Source: Mayamaea pseudoterrestris
Taxonomy: Eukaryota
DNA length: 64,000 nucleotides
Direction of reading: 5' to 3'
NCBI GenBank assembly: GCA_027923505.1
Contig: BROI01000012.1
Location: 496,001-560,000, forward strand
Position numbers and translations under genes: made by a program. The stretch's first letter is position 1, and each line of letters starts with the position of its first letter. The notes beneath the pieces were generated by a model, which worked only from the letters and a program-made list of their open reading frames with translations, was not told the DNA's origin and made no database searches. Shown here piece by piece: positions 1 through 9,763 of this stretch.

Positions 1-2
1 AA

Positions 3-395
3 CTCTTCTCCACTCCACGTCAACCCCGACGAGAATTACAAAAACGTCGTCGACGCAAGGAGAAACAAGAGCAAAACCGAGTAGTGTTTCAGTCCGACGA
101 CACGGTGTGGGATTCAGGCGAGGTTCGACCATTGGTCAAGGAGTCGGCCAAGGAGAAAGGCCTCGACTACTGGATTCCCCAGGATGATCTCGTCAAGTAT
201 CAGCAGATCGAAGAAGCCAAGCGATTGCGAGATCCCGGACAAGTGTCAAACGAAAAGCTCATGACCGAAGTGCTATCGCCTTACAAACAAAATTGGATTG
301 GCGTCATTTCCGTCGCGATAGTCGCTATCGCCGCATTGATTAAGAACTTTCCCGAGCTACTCCTATCGCCTACAATATCAATTCCAGACTTGTAA
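3..395 (+). CDS. 5'-truncated hypothetical protein with C-terminal transmembrane helix
   Basis: Frame 3 is open from the window start (LFSTPRQPRRELQKRRRRK...) to TAA at 395; hydrophobic WIGVISVAIVAIAALI near the C-terminus. Confidence 0.6.
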   Translation, partial: LFSTPRQPRRELQKRRRRKEKQEQNRVVFQSDDTVWDSGEVRPLVKESAKEKGLDYWIPQDDLVKYQQIEEAKRLRDPGQVSNEKLMTEVLSPYKQNWIGVISVAIVAIAALIKNFPELLLSPTISIPDL

Positions 396-452
396 ACTTT
401 ATACAGCATCAATCATTCGAATAACACACACGATAATTTACAAGTCGTGGGG

Positions 453-1952
453 CTAGTTTTCGTCATCGCTCGGATCAAAAATGTTGACGCAGCCAGTGGC
501 ATCGCAAAATTTCAATTGAACTGCACCACTTTCTTCAACAGCAACAATCCTGCCAGCTGAACTACTACTAGTCTCAAGTTTGTCTCTACTTTGTCGTTTC
601 GTAGGTGTTGCCACTTTCATATAGTCGCGCAATCTCAAGTGGCTACTGTCGTCCGCGGAGAGGGGTACATTATCGACAAAAATGCCACAATGTTCCACCT
701 TGCCATCCGTGGATATAAGAATGCCCCTTCCGCTCCTTTTCCCGCTGGACCAGCCACCAGCGTACATGCTTCCGTCGCCATGAGTCAAGCGGCCGTAGCC
801 GTGTCTTTGCCCTTGTCTGAAAGCGCCCGAATATACGTCTCCGTTGACGAAATACTCCTTACCCACATCTTCCTTCTCTCCGTGGCTAAAGCCACCGACG
901 TACTTGTTGCCATCTTGGTCCGTGTAACAACCGTTACCATGAAATTTGCCATTCAAAAAATGCCCCATGTACTTTGGTCCATTCTTCCAAACAAGTTTGC
1001 CGTGTCCTTGAATTACGTTATGAACCCACTGACCGTCATACGTTTTGTTCCTCCACATTTGTACTCCAGCGCCATGACGTTTGCCGGCCTTGAAATGGCC
1101 TCGGTAGGTGGTGTGTTTGGCAACGTCTGTCAGTGTGCCATAACCTTCCTCGGCTCCATTGTCGTATTCTCCCGAGTAAACCTTGCCAGTCTTCCAAGTT
1201 TGAATGCCTCGCCCATGTTTCTTGCCATTGATAACGTCTCCATCATACGTTGATCCATCCCTCCACACCATGCAGACGCGGCCGTGCAAGTGGCCACTTT
1301 TCCAGTAGCCCGTGGCTGTCTGGAGACGCGTACGCTTCCCGTCGCTCGCGTCAAACCACTCGTGCGTCCCGCGGCCATGTCGGGAATCATTCTCCCAGGC
1401 GCCGCGATAAACTTGTATTTCATTGCTGGATGTGTCGCGCCAAACAGATTCGCCATAGCCATGTCTAAGACCATGCTCAAGGTTACCTTGATATACTTGT
1501 CCGTTGGAATACTCAATTTCTCCAACCCCATGTGGCAGATGGGTGTCGCTGTGAACAGGACCAGTGTAGAAAAAGGCGCAATTACCGTCTCGACTGGGGT
1601 AATGCTCGCGTGTGACCATTGGACCATCTCGACCGGACGGAACATTCAATGGAGACTGACGAATGCTATCCGTCGCTTGATTCATTCGTTCCTCAAGGCG
1701 AACCCGCTGTTTGTCAAGCTTGGCTCGTTGAGTAGTTAGTCGATGAAAGGGAAAGAGTTCGTACTTTGTCAAGCATGAATGTGACGGTGGAGTGAGTTCA
1801 GCATCGCCATGTCGGGAGCTGGAAGAAATGGAGATTGGCGAAATAGGAATGCTCCTGTAAACGACGCCAATGCCAACATCTGCAGACACGCTGTCGCATG
1901 ATGACGTCTCGGATGGCGGCGCCAATGGGGATCTACCGGTAGCAATGTTCAT
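453..1952 (-). CDS. MORN-repeat protein
   Basis: About 12 tandem YxGxWxxGxxHGxG-type MORN repeats in the long ORF; first ATG at 1952 (true start uncertain). Confidence 0.88.
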   Translation of the reverse strand: MNIATGRSPLAPPSETSSCDSVSADVGIGVVYRSIPISPISISSSSRHGDAELTPPSHSCLTKYELFPFHRLTTQRAKLDKQRVRLEERMNQATDSIRQSPLNVPSGRDGPMVTREHYPSRDGNCAFFYTGPVHSDTHLPHGVGEIEYSNGQVYQGNLEHGLRHGYGESVWRDTSSNEIQVYRGAWENDSRHGRGTHEWFDASDGKRTRLQTATGYWKSGHLHGRVCMVWRDGSTYDGDVINGKKHGRGIQTWKTGKVYSGEYDNGAEEGYGTLTDVAKHTTYRGHFKAGKRHGAGVQMWRNKTYDGQWVHNVIQGHGKLVWKNGPKYMGHFLNGKFHGNGCYTDQDGNKYVGGFSHGEKEDVGKEYFVNGDVYSGAFRQGQRHGYGRLTHGDGSMYAGGWSSGKRSGRGILISTDGKVEHCGIFVDNVPLSADDSSHLRLRDYMKVATPTKRQSRDKLETSSSSAGRIVAVEESGAVQLKFCDATGCVNIFDPSDDEN

Positions 1953-2235
1953 GGCGGAAAATTGTAGGGCAAAGGTCAAACGCGTGATGACTTTCGGCAA
2001 TCATCGCGTTGAATGTCGATTGTCGCTCAATGGAACGAGTTGTCAACGTCCGTTGCGAAGTCCTATTAAGTAAAGCCGTTGCTACTTGTCTTTGGGTAAC
2101 ATGATGCTGATTGCTAAGACTGACAAGTACATGATTCATGGAACCAGAGTGGCAGATTCAAACCGAAACTTGATGATGTGCAAGGGAAGCTTCCGCAGCG
2201 AAGATTTGACTCAAGCAAAGGGCTAATTACAAAAT

Positions 2236-2579
2236 GGCGTAGTTTTCACTGGCACTTGTTCTGTATTATTGCCTCACGACGTAGTTTTCACTGGCACTCA
2301 TTTTGTATTATAGCCTCGTGACGTAATTGTCACTGGCACTCGTTTCGTGTTATTGTCTCAAGACGTAGTTTTCACTGGCACTCGTTTTGTAGTATTGCCT
2401 AATGACGTAGTTTTCACTGGCACTCGTTTCCGTATTATTGCCTTATGACGTAATTGACACCGGCAGTCGTTTCGTATTATAGCCTTGTGACGTAATTGAC
2501 ACTGGCACTCGTTTCGTGTTATTGCCTTGTGACGTAATTGACACTGGCACCCGTTTCATACTATTGCCTCATGACGTAG
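2236..2579 (+). repeat. 42-bp tandem array (minisatellite), 8 units plus a partial; copy 1
   Basis: Units start at 2236, 2278, 2320, 2362, 2404, 2447, 2489, 2531 and 2573; consensus GACGTA(GTTTT/ATTGA)CACTGGCACTCGTTTCGTATTATTGCCTYRT. Confidence 0.97.
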
Positions 2580-2765
2580 CATTGATTGTATTCCTTCATT
2601 ACATCCCAAAAACGTGTCGACTATAAGCGAAAGAGTACTCAAATTTATCCCTTGCAGTGCGGCGCTCCTCCAGGATCATGTCGATCATCACATCATTGTC
2701 GTTCAGCTTAACGAGTAGCAAGCAAAGCCAAATCTTCGCAGATTGTAAAATTCAATTGATTGATC

Positions 2766-3275
2766 ATGTTGTTACGTTCATCATTGGGAATCCGTCTGCG
2801 TCGTTCACGTTCGTGCCTTGATTTTAATACTCAATCGCCTGCAGTCAACAAAAGTAATATTCGCCGTGTTCACAAATATGTACCACCTCCTACATGGTCC
2901 ATCCAAGAGCTCCAACTAAAGCATGATGCATCCACTTCTGAGCCGCTTTCGACGGAATTACTAAACACACTTTCCAGGCGCGCTCTTTTACACATTCCAG
3001 ACGACGACTCGTATCGGAAGGACTTGACCAACTTTATGCAACTGATTCAGCAAGTTGTAGATTGGAACAAGGAGTTTGAAGCAGAAAATAGCGAAGAGAT
3101 AGATGCTGCTGAGTTATATGATTTGCCGCGAGGAGTCAAGGAGGCACCTTTGCGAAACGACGACGATATTGTAATAAAAACGCATCCAGCGGTCTCGCTC
3201 GACAAGACTGTCGCCATTGGAAGTCACAAATACTTTGCAATAAAGACAAAGAACGAAGACAGTAATTGTAGCTAG
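2766..3275 (+). CDS. Glu-tRNA(Gln) amidotransferase subunit C/F-like protein, probably mitochondrial
   Basis: Arg/Ser-rich presequence, then PPPTWS, LNTLSRRALL, APLRNDD and a C-terminal YFAI, resembling GatC/GatF motifs. Confidence 0.6.
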   Translation: MLLRSSLGIRLRRSRSCLDFNTQSPAVNKSNIRRVHKYVPPPTWSIQELQLKHDASTSEPLSTELLNTLSRRALLHIPDDDSYRKDLTNFMQLIQQVVDWNKEFEAENSEEIDAAELYDLPRGVKEAPLRNDDDIVIKTHPAVSLDKTVAIGSHKYFAIKTKNEDSNCS

Positions 3276-3288
3276 TGACGGTACAATT

Positions 3289-5718
3289 CTATTTATTGCC
3301 AGCGCGTTTTGCCTCGTTCGCTTGTTTGGCTCGTAGTTCATCGATAAAGTCCAACTCCCAAAAGCCTTCAGGGGTTTCGGGCGGCGGACCAAAACGTGAG
3401 CGATGGCGACAAAACTGTCGAATATCCATGGGTTGAGATTCGGTCGTAATCAGTGAATTGTAAAAGGCTGTACACTCGGGGCAGTCATGTGTCGGCAAGT
3501 CCTTGCGCGCTTTGCCACGAACAACTTCATGGTAGGGCTCCTGCGACTCGCTATCGTTCCAAATGTCAGTAGAATCTTTCTCGCGACGAGCAGCAACACG
3601 ACGATGGGCAGTGTGCCACCCAGGAGCAGGCCCAACTGTCTTGGCGGGTCCGGTACGAGCGTGGTTTGCATCAGCCGTCGCCGTTATTAATTCTCGGTCG
3701 AATTGGCGTGATTGCAGATTCGATTGCCACGGCTTGGCGTAGGGATTCGTGGAAGGCTTGGTCGCTTCCCTAGGAACCGTGATGGCGTCGCTGCGTGCCT
3801 TTGCCGATGGCGACTGGGCCGATTGAGGTGGATCCGACGCCTCTTTTTTCTTAGGCCGTATAGACGATTGCGATTGCGAAAACATTGTAGGATCCTCCGT
3901 TTCTTGTGAGTCGAAGCTAGGTGACAAATTCTTCTCACCATCAGCAATCCCTTGTGAGTTTCCAACTACTCCTGCATCGAGAGTGATGCGACGAGGCTCG
4001 TCCAAGAAGTCCGGCTCTGTAGTGTTGCTAGACTTGAGAGTCTTAGAGTGCGAATCGATCGTCCGTGGCACAGCCGCTGGCGGTGCAACAAATTCTTGTT
4101 CTGCGGCATCCTCGTTCAATCTCGTCTCTCCCTTTGCCCCTTCGCCAGTGACATCGTCATGGTTTAGTTCAAGTACAACAGACGGTTGCGAATTGTCAAA
4201 TAGGCCCTGACTGGCATCGCGCAAATCTTGCAGCCGTGTTTTTCCTCTTGGTGTTCGTTTTGGAAGCCCGAGCAAGCTTGTCATTGTAGAAACTGGCCGA
4301 CGAGCGTGACAGACAATGCACCGGCGCTTTGACGGCGAGTTTTCCAATGTACAGTGGATGCAAATCCAGTCGCCCGAGTCAGCAGCCTCCGTGACATCGT
4401 GTTGCGACGTGTTGCCCGATGGGGTACAGAGGCTCTTGTTCAATCCAGGACAATTTTCTTTGTCGCCCGAAATCATTTCTTCGTTTGCCGTTACTGCCGC
4501 CGCTTCATGTGTTGTTGTACCATTTGGTCTTTGCGATGCGTCAAATGTAGAATAAACTGGAGATGCAAGCTCAACGTCGCTGTCTTTTCCTTTTCGAGAC
4601 CCGACGGCAATATCACAATCTTCTTCCACTTCCAGTCCTAGCTTCATATCCTTGTCACAAGCTTCAACTGGTGAACGCCCGCAATGACTTGGGTGGGATT
4701 GCTTTGATTGCGCTCGTGACCTTCCCTTGTCGCTAAACAGTCGGCCATCAGCACCGCTCATGAATGACGATGCATCTGGCGCTTCGGATATTGAGTCTTT
4801 CGTCGGTGCTTTAGTTTGATAAGCAAGCGATTGGCGTTCGGTTGACGATCCCATCAGATTGGCTTGAGAGAGACTATCAGTCATGATATTCGGAGGTTTA
4901 TTCCGCTCGTGACGTTTTGTTTGGCCAGTTTCCGACAATGGTCGTTCGTCCGGCGGCATGAAGCCATCATGCCCATTCTTGCCGTCATCTTCTGCAAACG
5001 TTTCTTTAATATTTTGCGAGTGCAAGGGTAGTCTCGGCTTGCTTGGCGCACGTTTGGTTGGTCCGTCGGCTGCCGCAGTCGACTGCTGATTGACCGACGC
5101 ATGCAGTTTCTGAAGCTGATTGTAGTTTTCATGAAACAAACGACTTGCTCGATCGGCACTGCTGTCATGCGTATGAATCTTGTAGTAAAGGTCCAGAAGC
5201 GAATCGAGGCATTGTTGATGGGCACGAACGGCCGTCTGCATGGCTAATGGATTGGACTGAAAAGTTTTGCATGCTTCAGAGACGAATCGAGCATGCTGCT
5301 GTAGCATGGACTCGATGAAACTTCGATGATCCGCTGAATTTGGTTCTTCCAATGACGACAGAGCGCTGATTTTCTGCTGGGTTTGAGATGACACTCGTGC
5401 GCTCAAACCAGCATTATCATCGTCATTGGGAGGAGCCCATGATTCCGGATCGGCAACGGACGAATTCAATTCCTTGGTGGAACAACAATCTTCTTCCTCG
5501 ATCGCCGCACGTACAGAAACTTCATTTACATTATTAAGTTCTCCTTTCTTATCCTCTTCTCCATCCTTGAGCAAGTACGCATTTGTTGTTTCAGCGGCGT
5601 CGGCATCGGCATCAGCAGCCGCTCGTCGCAGTCGCTTGGCCTCAACGTCGCCTTTATCTTCGTCACTCTTTCGTTTGGGTCCAATTTTGAACATTTGCGC
5701 AAGATGAGGGGCCTTCAT
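3289..5718 (-). CDS. CtIP/Sae2/Ctp1/COM1-family DNA end-resection factor with RanBP2/NZF-type zinc finger
   Basis: C-terminal YHEVVRGKARKDLPTHDCPEC...CRHRSRFGPPPETPEGFWELDF (CxxC, RHR, TP CDK-type site); internal WICIHCTLENSPSKRRCIVC. Confidence 0.85.
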   Translation of the reverse strand: MKAPHLAQMFKIGPKRKSDEDKGDVEAKRLRRAAADADADAAETTNAYLLKDGEEDKKGELNNVNEVSVRAAIEEEDCCSTKELNSSVADPESWAPPNDDDNAGLSARVSSQTQQKISALSSLEEPNSADHRSFIESMLQQHARFVSEACKTFQSNPLAMQTAVRAHQQCLDSLLDLYYKIHTHDSSADRASRLFHENYNQLQKLHASVNQQSTAAADGPTKRAPSKPRLPLHSQNIKETFAEDDGKNGHDGFMPPDERPLSETGQTKRHERNKPPNIMTDSLSQANLMGSSTERQSLAYQTKAPTKDSISEAPDASSFMSGADGRLFSDKGRSRAQSKQSHPSHCGRSPVEACDKDMKLGLEVEEDCDIAVGSRKGKDSDVELASPVYSTFDASQRPNGTTTHEAAAVTANEEMISGDKENCPGLNKSLCTPSGNTSQHDVTEAADSGDWICIHCTLENSPSKRRCIVCHARRPVSTMTSLLGLPKRTPRGKTRLQDLRDASQGLFDNSQPSVVLELNHDDVTGEGAKGETRLNEDAAEQEFVAPPAAVPRTIDSHSKTLKSSNTTEPDFLDEPRRITLDAGVVGNSQGIADGEKNLSPSFDSQETEDPTMFSQSQSSIRPKKKEASDPPQSAQSPSAKARSDAITVPREATKPSTNPYAKPWQSNLQSRQFDRELITATADANHARTGPAKTVGPAPGWHTAHRRVAARREKDSTDIWNDSESQEPYHEVVRGKARKDLPTHDCPECTAFYNSLITTESQPMDIRQFCRHRSRFGPPPETPEGFWELDFIDELRAKQANEAKRAGNK

Positions 5719-6505
5719 GTTGCTCTAAATTGAGGGTTACTGCTGTCGAAGCAATATACTTTGGCCATTGGCGAAGCAAGCAAATGGGGCGATGATGATG
5801 TGTGTCGAGCGGATGAATGATGCACATCAGCGGGGGTCGCATCGCGACTAAAACGGCACGAGCCTCTCGGCGTCGTTAGCTACTTACCGGTATGCGTAGA
5901 AAGCATGGAAACCAGGTCAGAGGAACACGAATATCTGTAAGTCTGGTCATAAACAGTGGGGCACGCAGTTATAAATATCATATTCACTTAATACTTGCTC
6001 ACTCCACAACCACATTGCATTCGAGAGGCCTACAGGCAGAGGAATCTGCAGGATTCAAGCTGCACCAAGTCGAGCTCCCTCGCTTGTTTATGTATATTAA
6101 CCCGATAAAAGTTCAATTCCAAGCGGACCCAAAATGAATACTCTAATAAGATAATGCTGATCCGATTCAGTAATTGGAAAGATGGCAGTAGCACAATGAG
6201 AGCGATCTAATGCAATCTGCCCAGGAAATGAAGGAGCCCCTCACGCCAATCGAGAGACGCTGCAGAATCATGGGCATCAGCTGAAAGGTACACACTGCAC
6301 GTGATGTATGCAAGTTGGCAACGCTGTTCCACTATGCGTGACTACGAAGTTGTACCGGTAGCAACACATTGGAACGAGTAGCTAACATTACTTTTCTTAG
6401 GCAGCAACACATGAAACCAATTGCTCAAAGCTTATACTTCATACCAGGCGAAATTCCCCTGTAATACCATGCATTGTCAACACCATTACATTGGAAAGCA
6501 ACACA

Positions 6506-8427
6506 TTAAGCTTCAGCTGTAGGCTGGGCAACGCTCGGCTTGTCTTCTGTACGTTTTTCAGCCAGAACGGATTGGACAAGGTCAAAGTAAGGATGCTCCG
6601 ACTTGTGCGGCGCGCCATGTTGCTGTTGCTGATCCTTCTGCTGTTGAACGAAGTCTTGAAGCGATGATGCAACCATGCTTGGTGAAAGCTGCTGCTGCTG
6701 CTGCTGCTGGAATCCCGCCTGTTGCGCTTGAAGAAGCCGCTGCTGGTCCGCCTGGTTGAACAGTTGAAAATGACCGCCCGGCCACTGCTGATGCTGTATG
6801 ATCGGCAAGAGTCCCGACATGCCACCAAAGCCTGCAGAGAGCAATTGATGATGCTGAAATTGTTGATTTGTGGCTGCTTCGGCAGAATATAGAGATGTGC
6901 GATCGGGAACGGTGATCTTTGACGGTGTGACGCCACTCTGCATTGCCAAATGACGCAAGTCTCGGTTTTCTTCCACCAAGCGATCAACACAGCTGTTAAG
7001 TTCCTTGTTTATCTTCATGAGTTTGGCATTAACAATGGCTTGTTCCTCGACTTGATCACCGAGGACTGATATGCGATCCTTGGTGCGCTTGCGAGCGCGA
7101 GCAGCATTCATGCGATCTAAGATAATGTTGGTGACTCATCGTTAGCGTTATCTAAAAGCAGCAATAACGGATTCTACGAGTTACTAGAGTGTCCTCGCTG
7201 ACGATTTCATGTTGCATGTCGTGTCGCATGTCACCGAACTTTGCCACGTCAAAAATGTCAAAATGAGTCATCATAAATACAAGCACAGAAGCCATTTGTC
7301 GTTACTTGGCCCGCGCCTTCACAGTCAATCGTTCGATTCTGCATGCACAACACGCGTCGTACCTCGTGCCTCTCGGGACCAACACCTTGGCTGCTGCTTG
7401 ACTGCAAGTAATTAATGCTATAGAATTATTTGGTTATAGAATATTGCTTTAAAATGATACAGTTTGTATTCTCTAGCAATGGAATGTGTACAGGAACCGG
7501 AGCCATCACGGCGGGCGCACCACGCACCACCCACACGACGACACCTTTGCGAACCGACCAGCGGGATCATGACCAGCAGACTGACTTTTTCAAGTAAAAG
7601 GGGATGCTTTCTCTAAAGAGCTAAAGAGTATTTGGCTGGTTGGAAAGGACTCTTGGCACTTGACGCGGCAAAAGAGGCTCCACGACGAACGAGCGGCTCG
7701 TCCGCGGTCCGCGCGACGAAGTCACGACACGAAAATGGCCATAGTTTGACTAGCCACAAGCAGGTCCAAACAAGACCAAACCAAAACCTTTTGTGATCAG
7801 CTTGTACCTCAAGACCTTGGTTATCTATAAATCATAGTATCATAGTTGTATTCCATCTAATAGTCAAGTTATGGTAGGAGCAAAGGATGCAACATGGAGG
7901 CTGCTCGTGTCCGACTTGATTTTTGAAGTGTGACATTTCGCCGCGAAATGTCGCGCATTGGGGCGCATTAGGGATAAAGGATGCGACATGAAGTCGAACA
8001 TTCGTGTGATGACTCATCACGGTTCACAAATACGTCATCACAACATTGACATGCGACACGACATCGCCAGCGAGGACACTCTACTGAAATGACTTACTAT
8101 ATGCGCGCTTCGCTTCCAGGCGTTGCTGCGGGTCATCCATTGAACCATCGTCTTTTCCTCGGCTGTCGATGCTTTCTTTGGCGATGGAAGCGTCAGACTC
8201 ATGGCTCCGTTTCTTGCCGTCTGTGACGAGAACAAAGTATGAGTGGAAGCTGTAAGAGACGTTCGACATTGCATTGGCCTTGCTGCCGGTGCCAGCCTAG
8301 AATGTTTCGCGTTACATGGCCCATTCACATTCGTGTGTGACTCTTGCTCTAGCTCTTGCTTAAGGTCATCTACTCGCTCGCTCCTTGCTCTTTATTCCTT
8401 ACCATTTGTGGCCTCTTTCTCGCTCAT
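6506..8427 (-). CDS. bZIP transcription factor, 3 exons (8427-8403, 8220-8098, 7116-6506), 252 aa
   Basis: GT-AG splicing (AATG|gtaagg..cacag|AC; TATA|gtaagt..ttag|ATCGC) gives the basic region RLEAKRAYNRMNAARARKRTK, then a leucine zipper and a Gln-rich tail; exons sum to 759 nt, in frame. Confidence 0.9.
7185..8083. mobile_element. Inverted-repeat-bounded insert (putative MITE or long-range RNA stem) inside bZIP intron 2
   Basis: Exact inverted matches 7185-7200/8068-8083 (16 bp), 7216-7233/8047-8064 (18 bp) and 7263-7273/8007-8017 (11 bp); TA at both outer ends; no coding capacity. Confidence 0.55.
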
Positions 8428-9301
8428 CCTTGCTTGGTCGGCCTCTGGTCTGCAGTAGTACTCCTAGATCTGAATTGTTGCTTCTCGCTCGTTGCGTCTC
8501 GGTTCTCGACCTTTGCGATGATAGCGACTAATAAACGCGATCGCTCTCACGAGATGACTCGGCAAATGAGTGCGAGGCCGTTGACCGGCGTCGTCGATTG
8601 CGAAAGTGGCGACTCCAAATGCAAACGGCTGACAAAAATGATACAGGGGTTATTTGAAGATGAGCAAATAACGGATGCACTGACGTAGATCTCTCCAGAT
8701 TTACACCCATAATTCATGATTAAAAATGGTTTCTATTATAGCCTGTGCACGAATGAAACGTCCTATGCATGATTCACTTGTATGTTGAGCTTGTCCGGCG
8801 ATCAGTTGAGACTCACGCGATGGCGCAGAACACCTTTTAACTTCAACTACCGGTATGCTGCTTGCTGTCTGTCCGTCCGGGAGCTATGTTGATTTTGCTA
8901 TACTCCTGCACCAGCTACTCTACAACCTAATGGTAGCTATTCTGGAAACGAGCTTACTTGATTGGCATCTACAGTATCGGTGGCAAACCTTGCGTACGCT
9001 TTGTCACATTCATGTGCTGAATACGATACTATACACTACCTGACTACCTGGTCACTTGAGCGTGGCTATTTCCGGAACAAATGTTTAATAAAAGTGAGCC
9101 GCTGCACGACAGCACCATTTCCGTCAATCCATACAGCTTCATCAGGGTTGTGACAAGTGCTGGGTTTTGTTTGCCAAGCGCCATCCTCGTCAACTACGAG
9201 GGTTGGCGAGACGCGAGATGACCGCTTTGATGTTGCGAAAAGAAATCGTTAATGGTCCAAACGTTTGTCTTTCTTACGGTCCACTTTATTGATACTCGAC
9301 A

Positions 9302-9763
9302 TTATTGCTTGCCCCGCGGCCAAAACATGATGAGACAAACGCCAACAAGCGATACTAGTCCGCCAACGACGTCGCCAATGTCGGGCCGATCTCCATCCCA
9401 CCACCACCCTGCTAAGAAGGACATGACAATAAAGAATCCGCCGTAGACAGCGTAGATTCTCCCAAATGAGTCGGTGGGTTGTAAAGTTGGGATGAAGCCG
9501 TAGACGACAAGAACGAGACTCCCTAGGATCGCCCACCAATACGGTTTCTTTTCGCGAATGGCTTTCCAAACGAGCCAGCCACCTCCAATTTCCGCAAAGC
9601 TAGCAGCCACAAACAAAGCAACGGCTTGAAGAACTGTCAGCGCAGACCATGAAAAGCTATCGTCGGATGCAGCGCTTTCATCATTCATAGTCGTCGTCGT
9701 CGTCGTCGCCGCCCCCATCGTGTCATTGTTCGTTGTGAGTGCAGTCATATGTTGCTTCATCAT
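9302..9763 (-). CDS. YnfA/UPF0060-family small 4-TM membrane protein
   Basis: AEIGGGWLVW, FGRIYAVYGGFFI, DGDRPD and IMFWPR motifs of the YnfA family; intronless; start uncertain. Confidence 0.88.
   Translation of the reverse strand: MMKQHMTALTTNNDTMGAATTTTTTMNDESAASDDSFSWSALTVLQAVALFVAASFAEIGGGWLVWKAIREKKPYWWAILGSLVLVVYGFIPTLQPTDSFGRIYAVYGGFFIVMSFLAGWWWDGDRPDIGDVVGGLVSLVGVCLIMFWPRGKQ

Noticed and set aside
2236..2579. 42-bp arrays as a CRISPR array
   Set aside because: The segments between the dyad cores are near-identical rather than unique spacers; no cas genes; eukaryotic context.
6688..6708. (CAG)n and (GTC)n microsatellites (also near 9689 and 30774)
   Set aside because: Ordinary short poly-Gln/poly-Thr or intergenic triplet runs.
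7280..8000. TPP riboswitch, snoRNA or IRE1-type unconventional intron within the bZIP intron
   Set aside because: No recognisable TPP aptamer, box C/D or IRE1 CNGCNG stem-loop pair by eye, and the intron has ordinary GT-AG ends. An Infernal/Rfam search would be needed.
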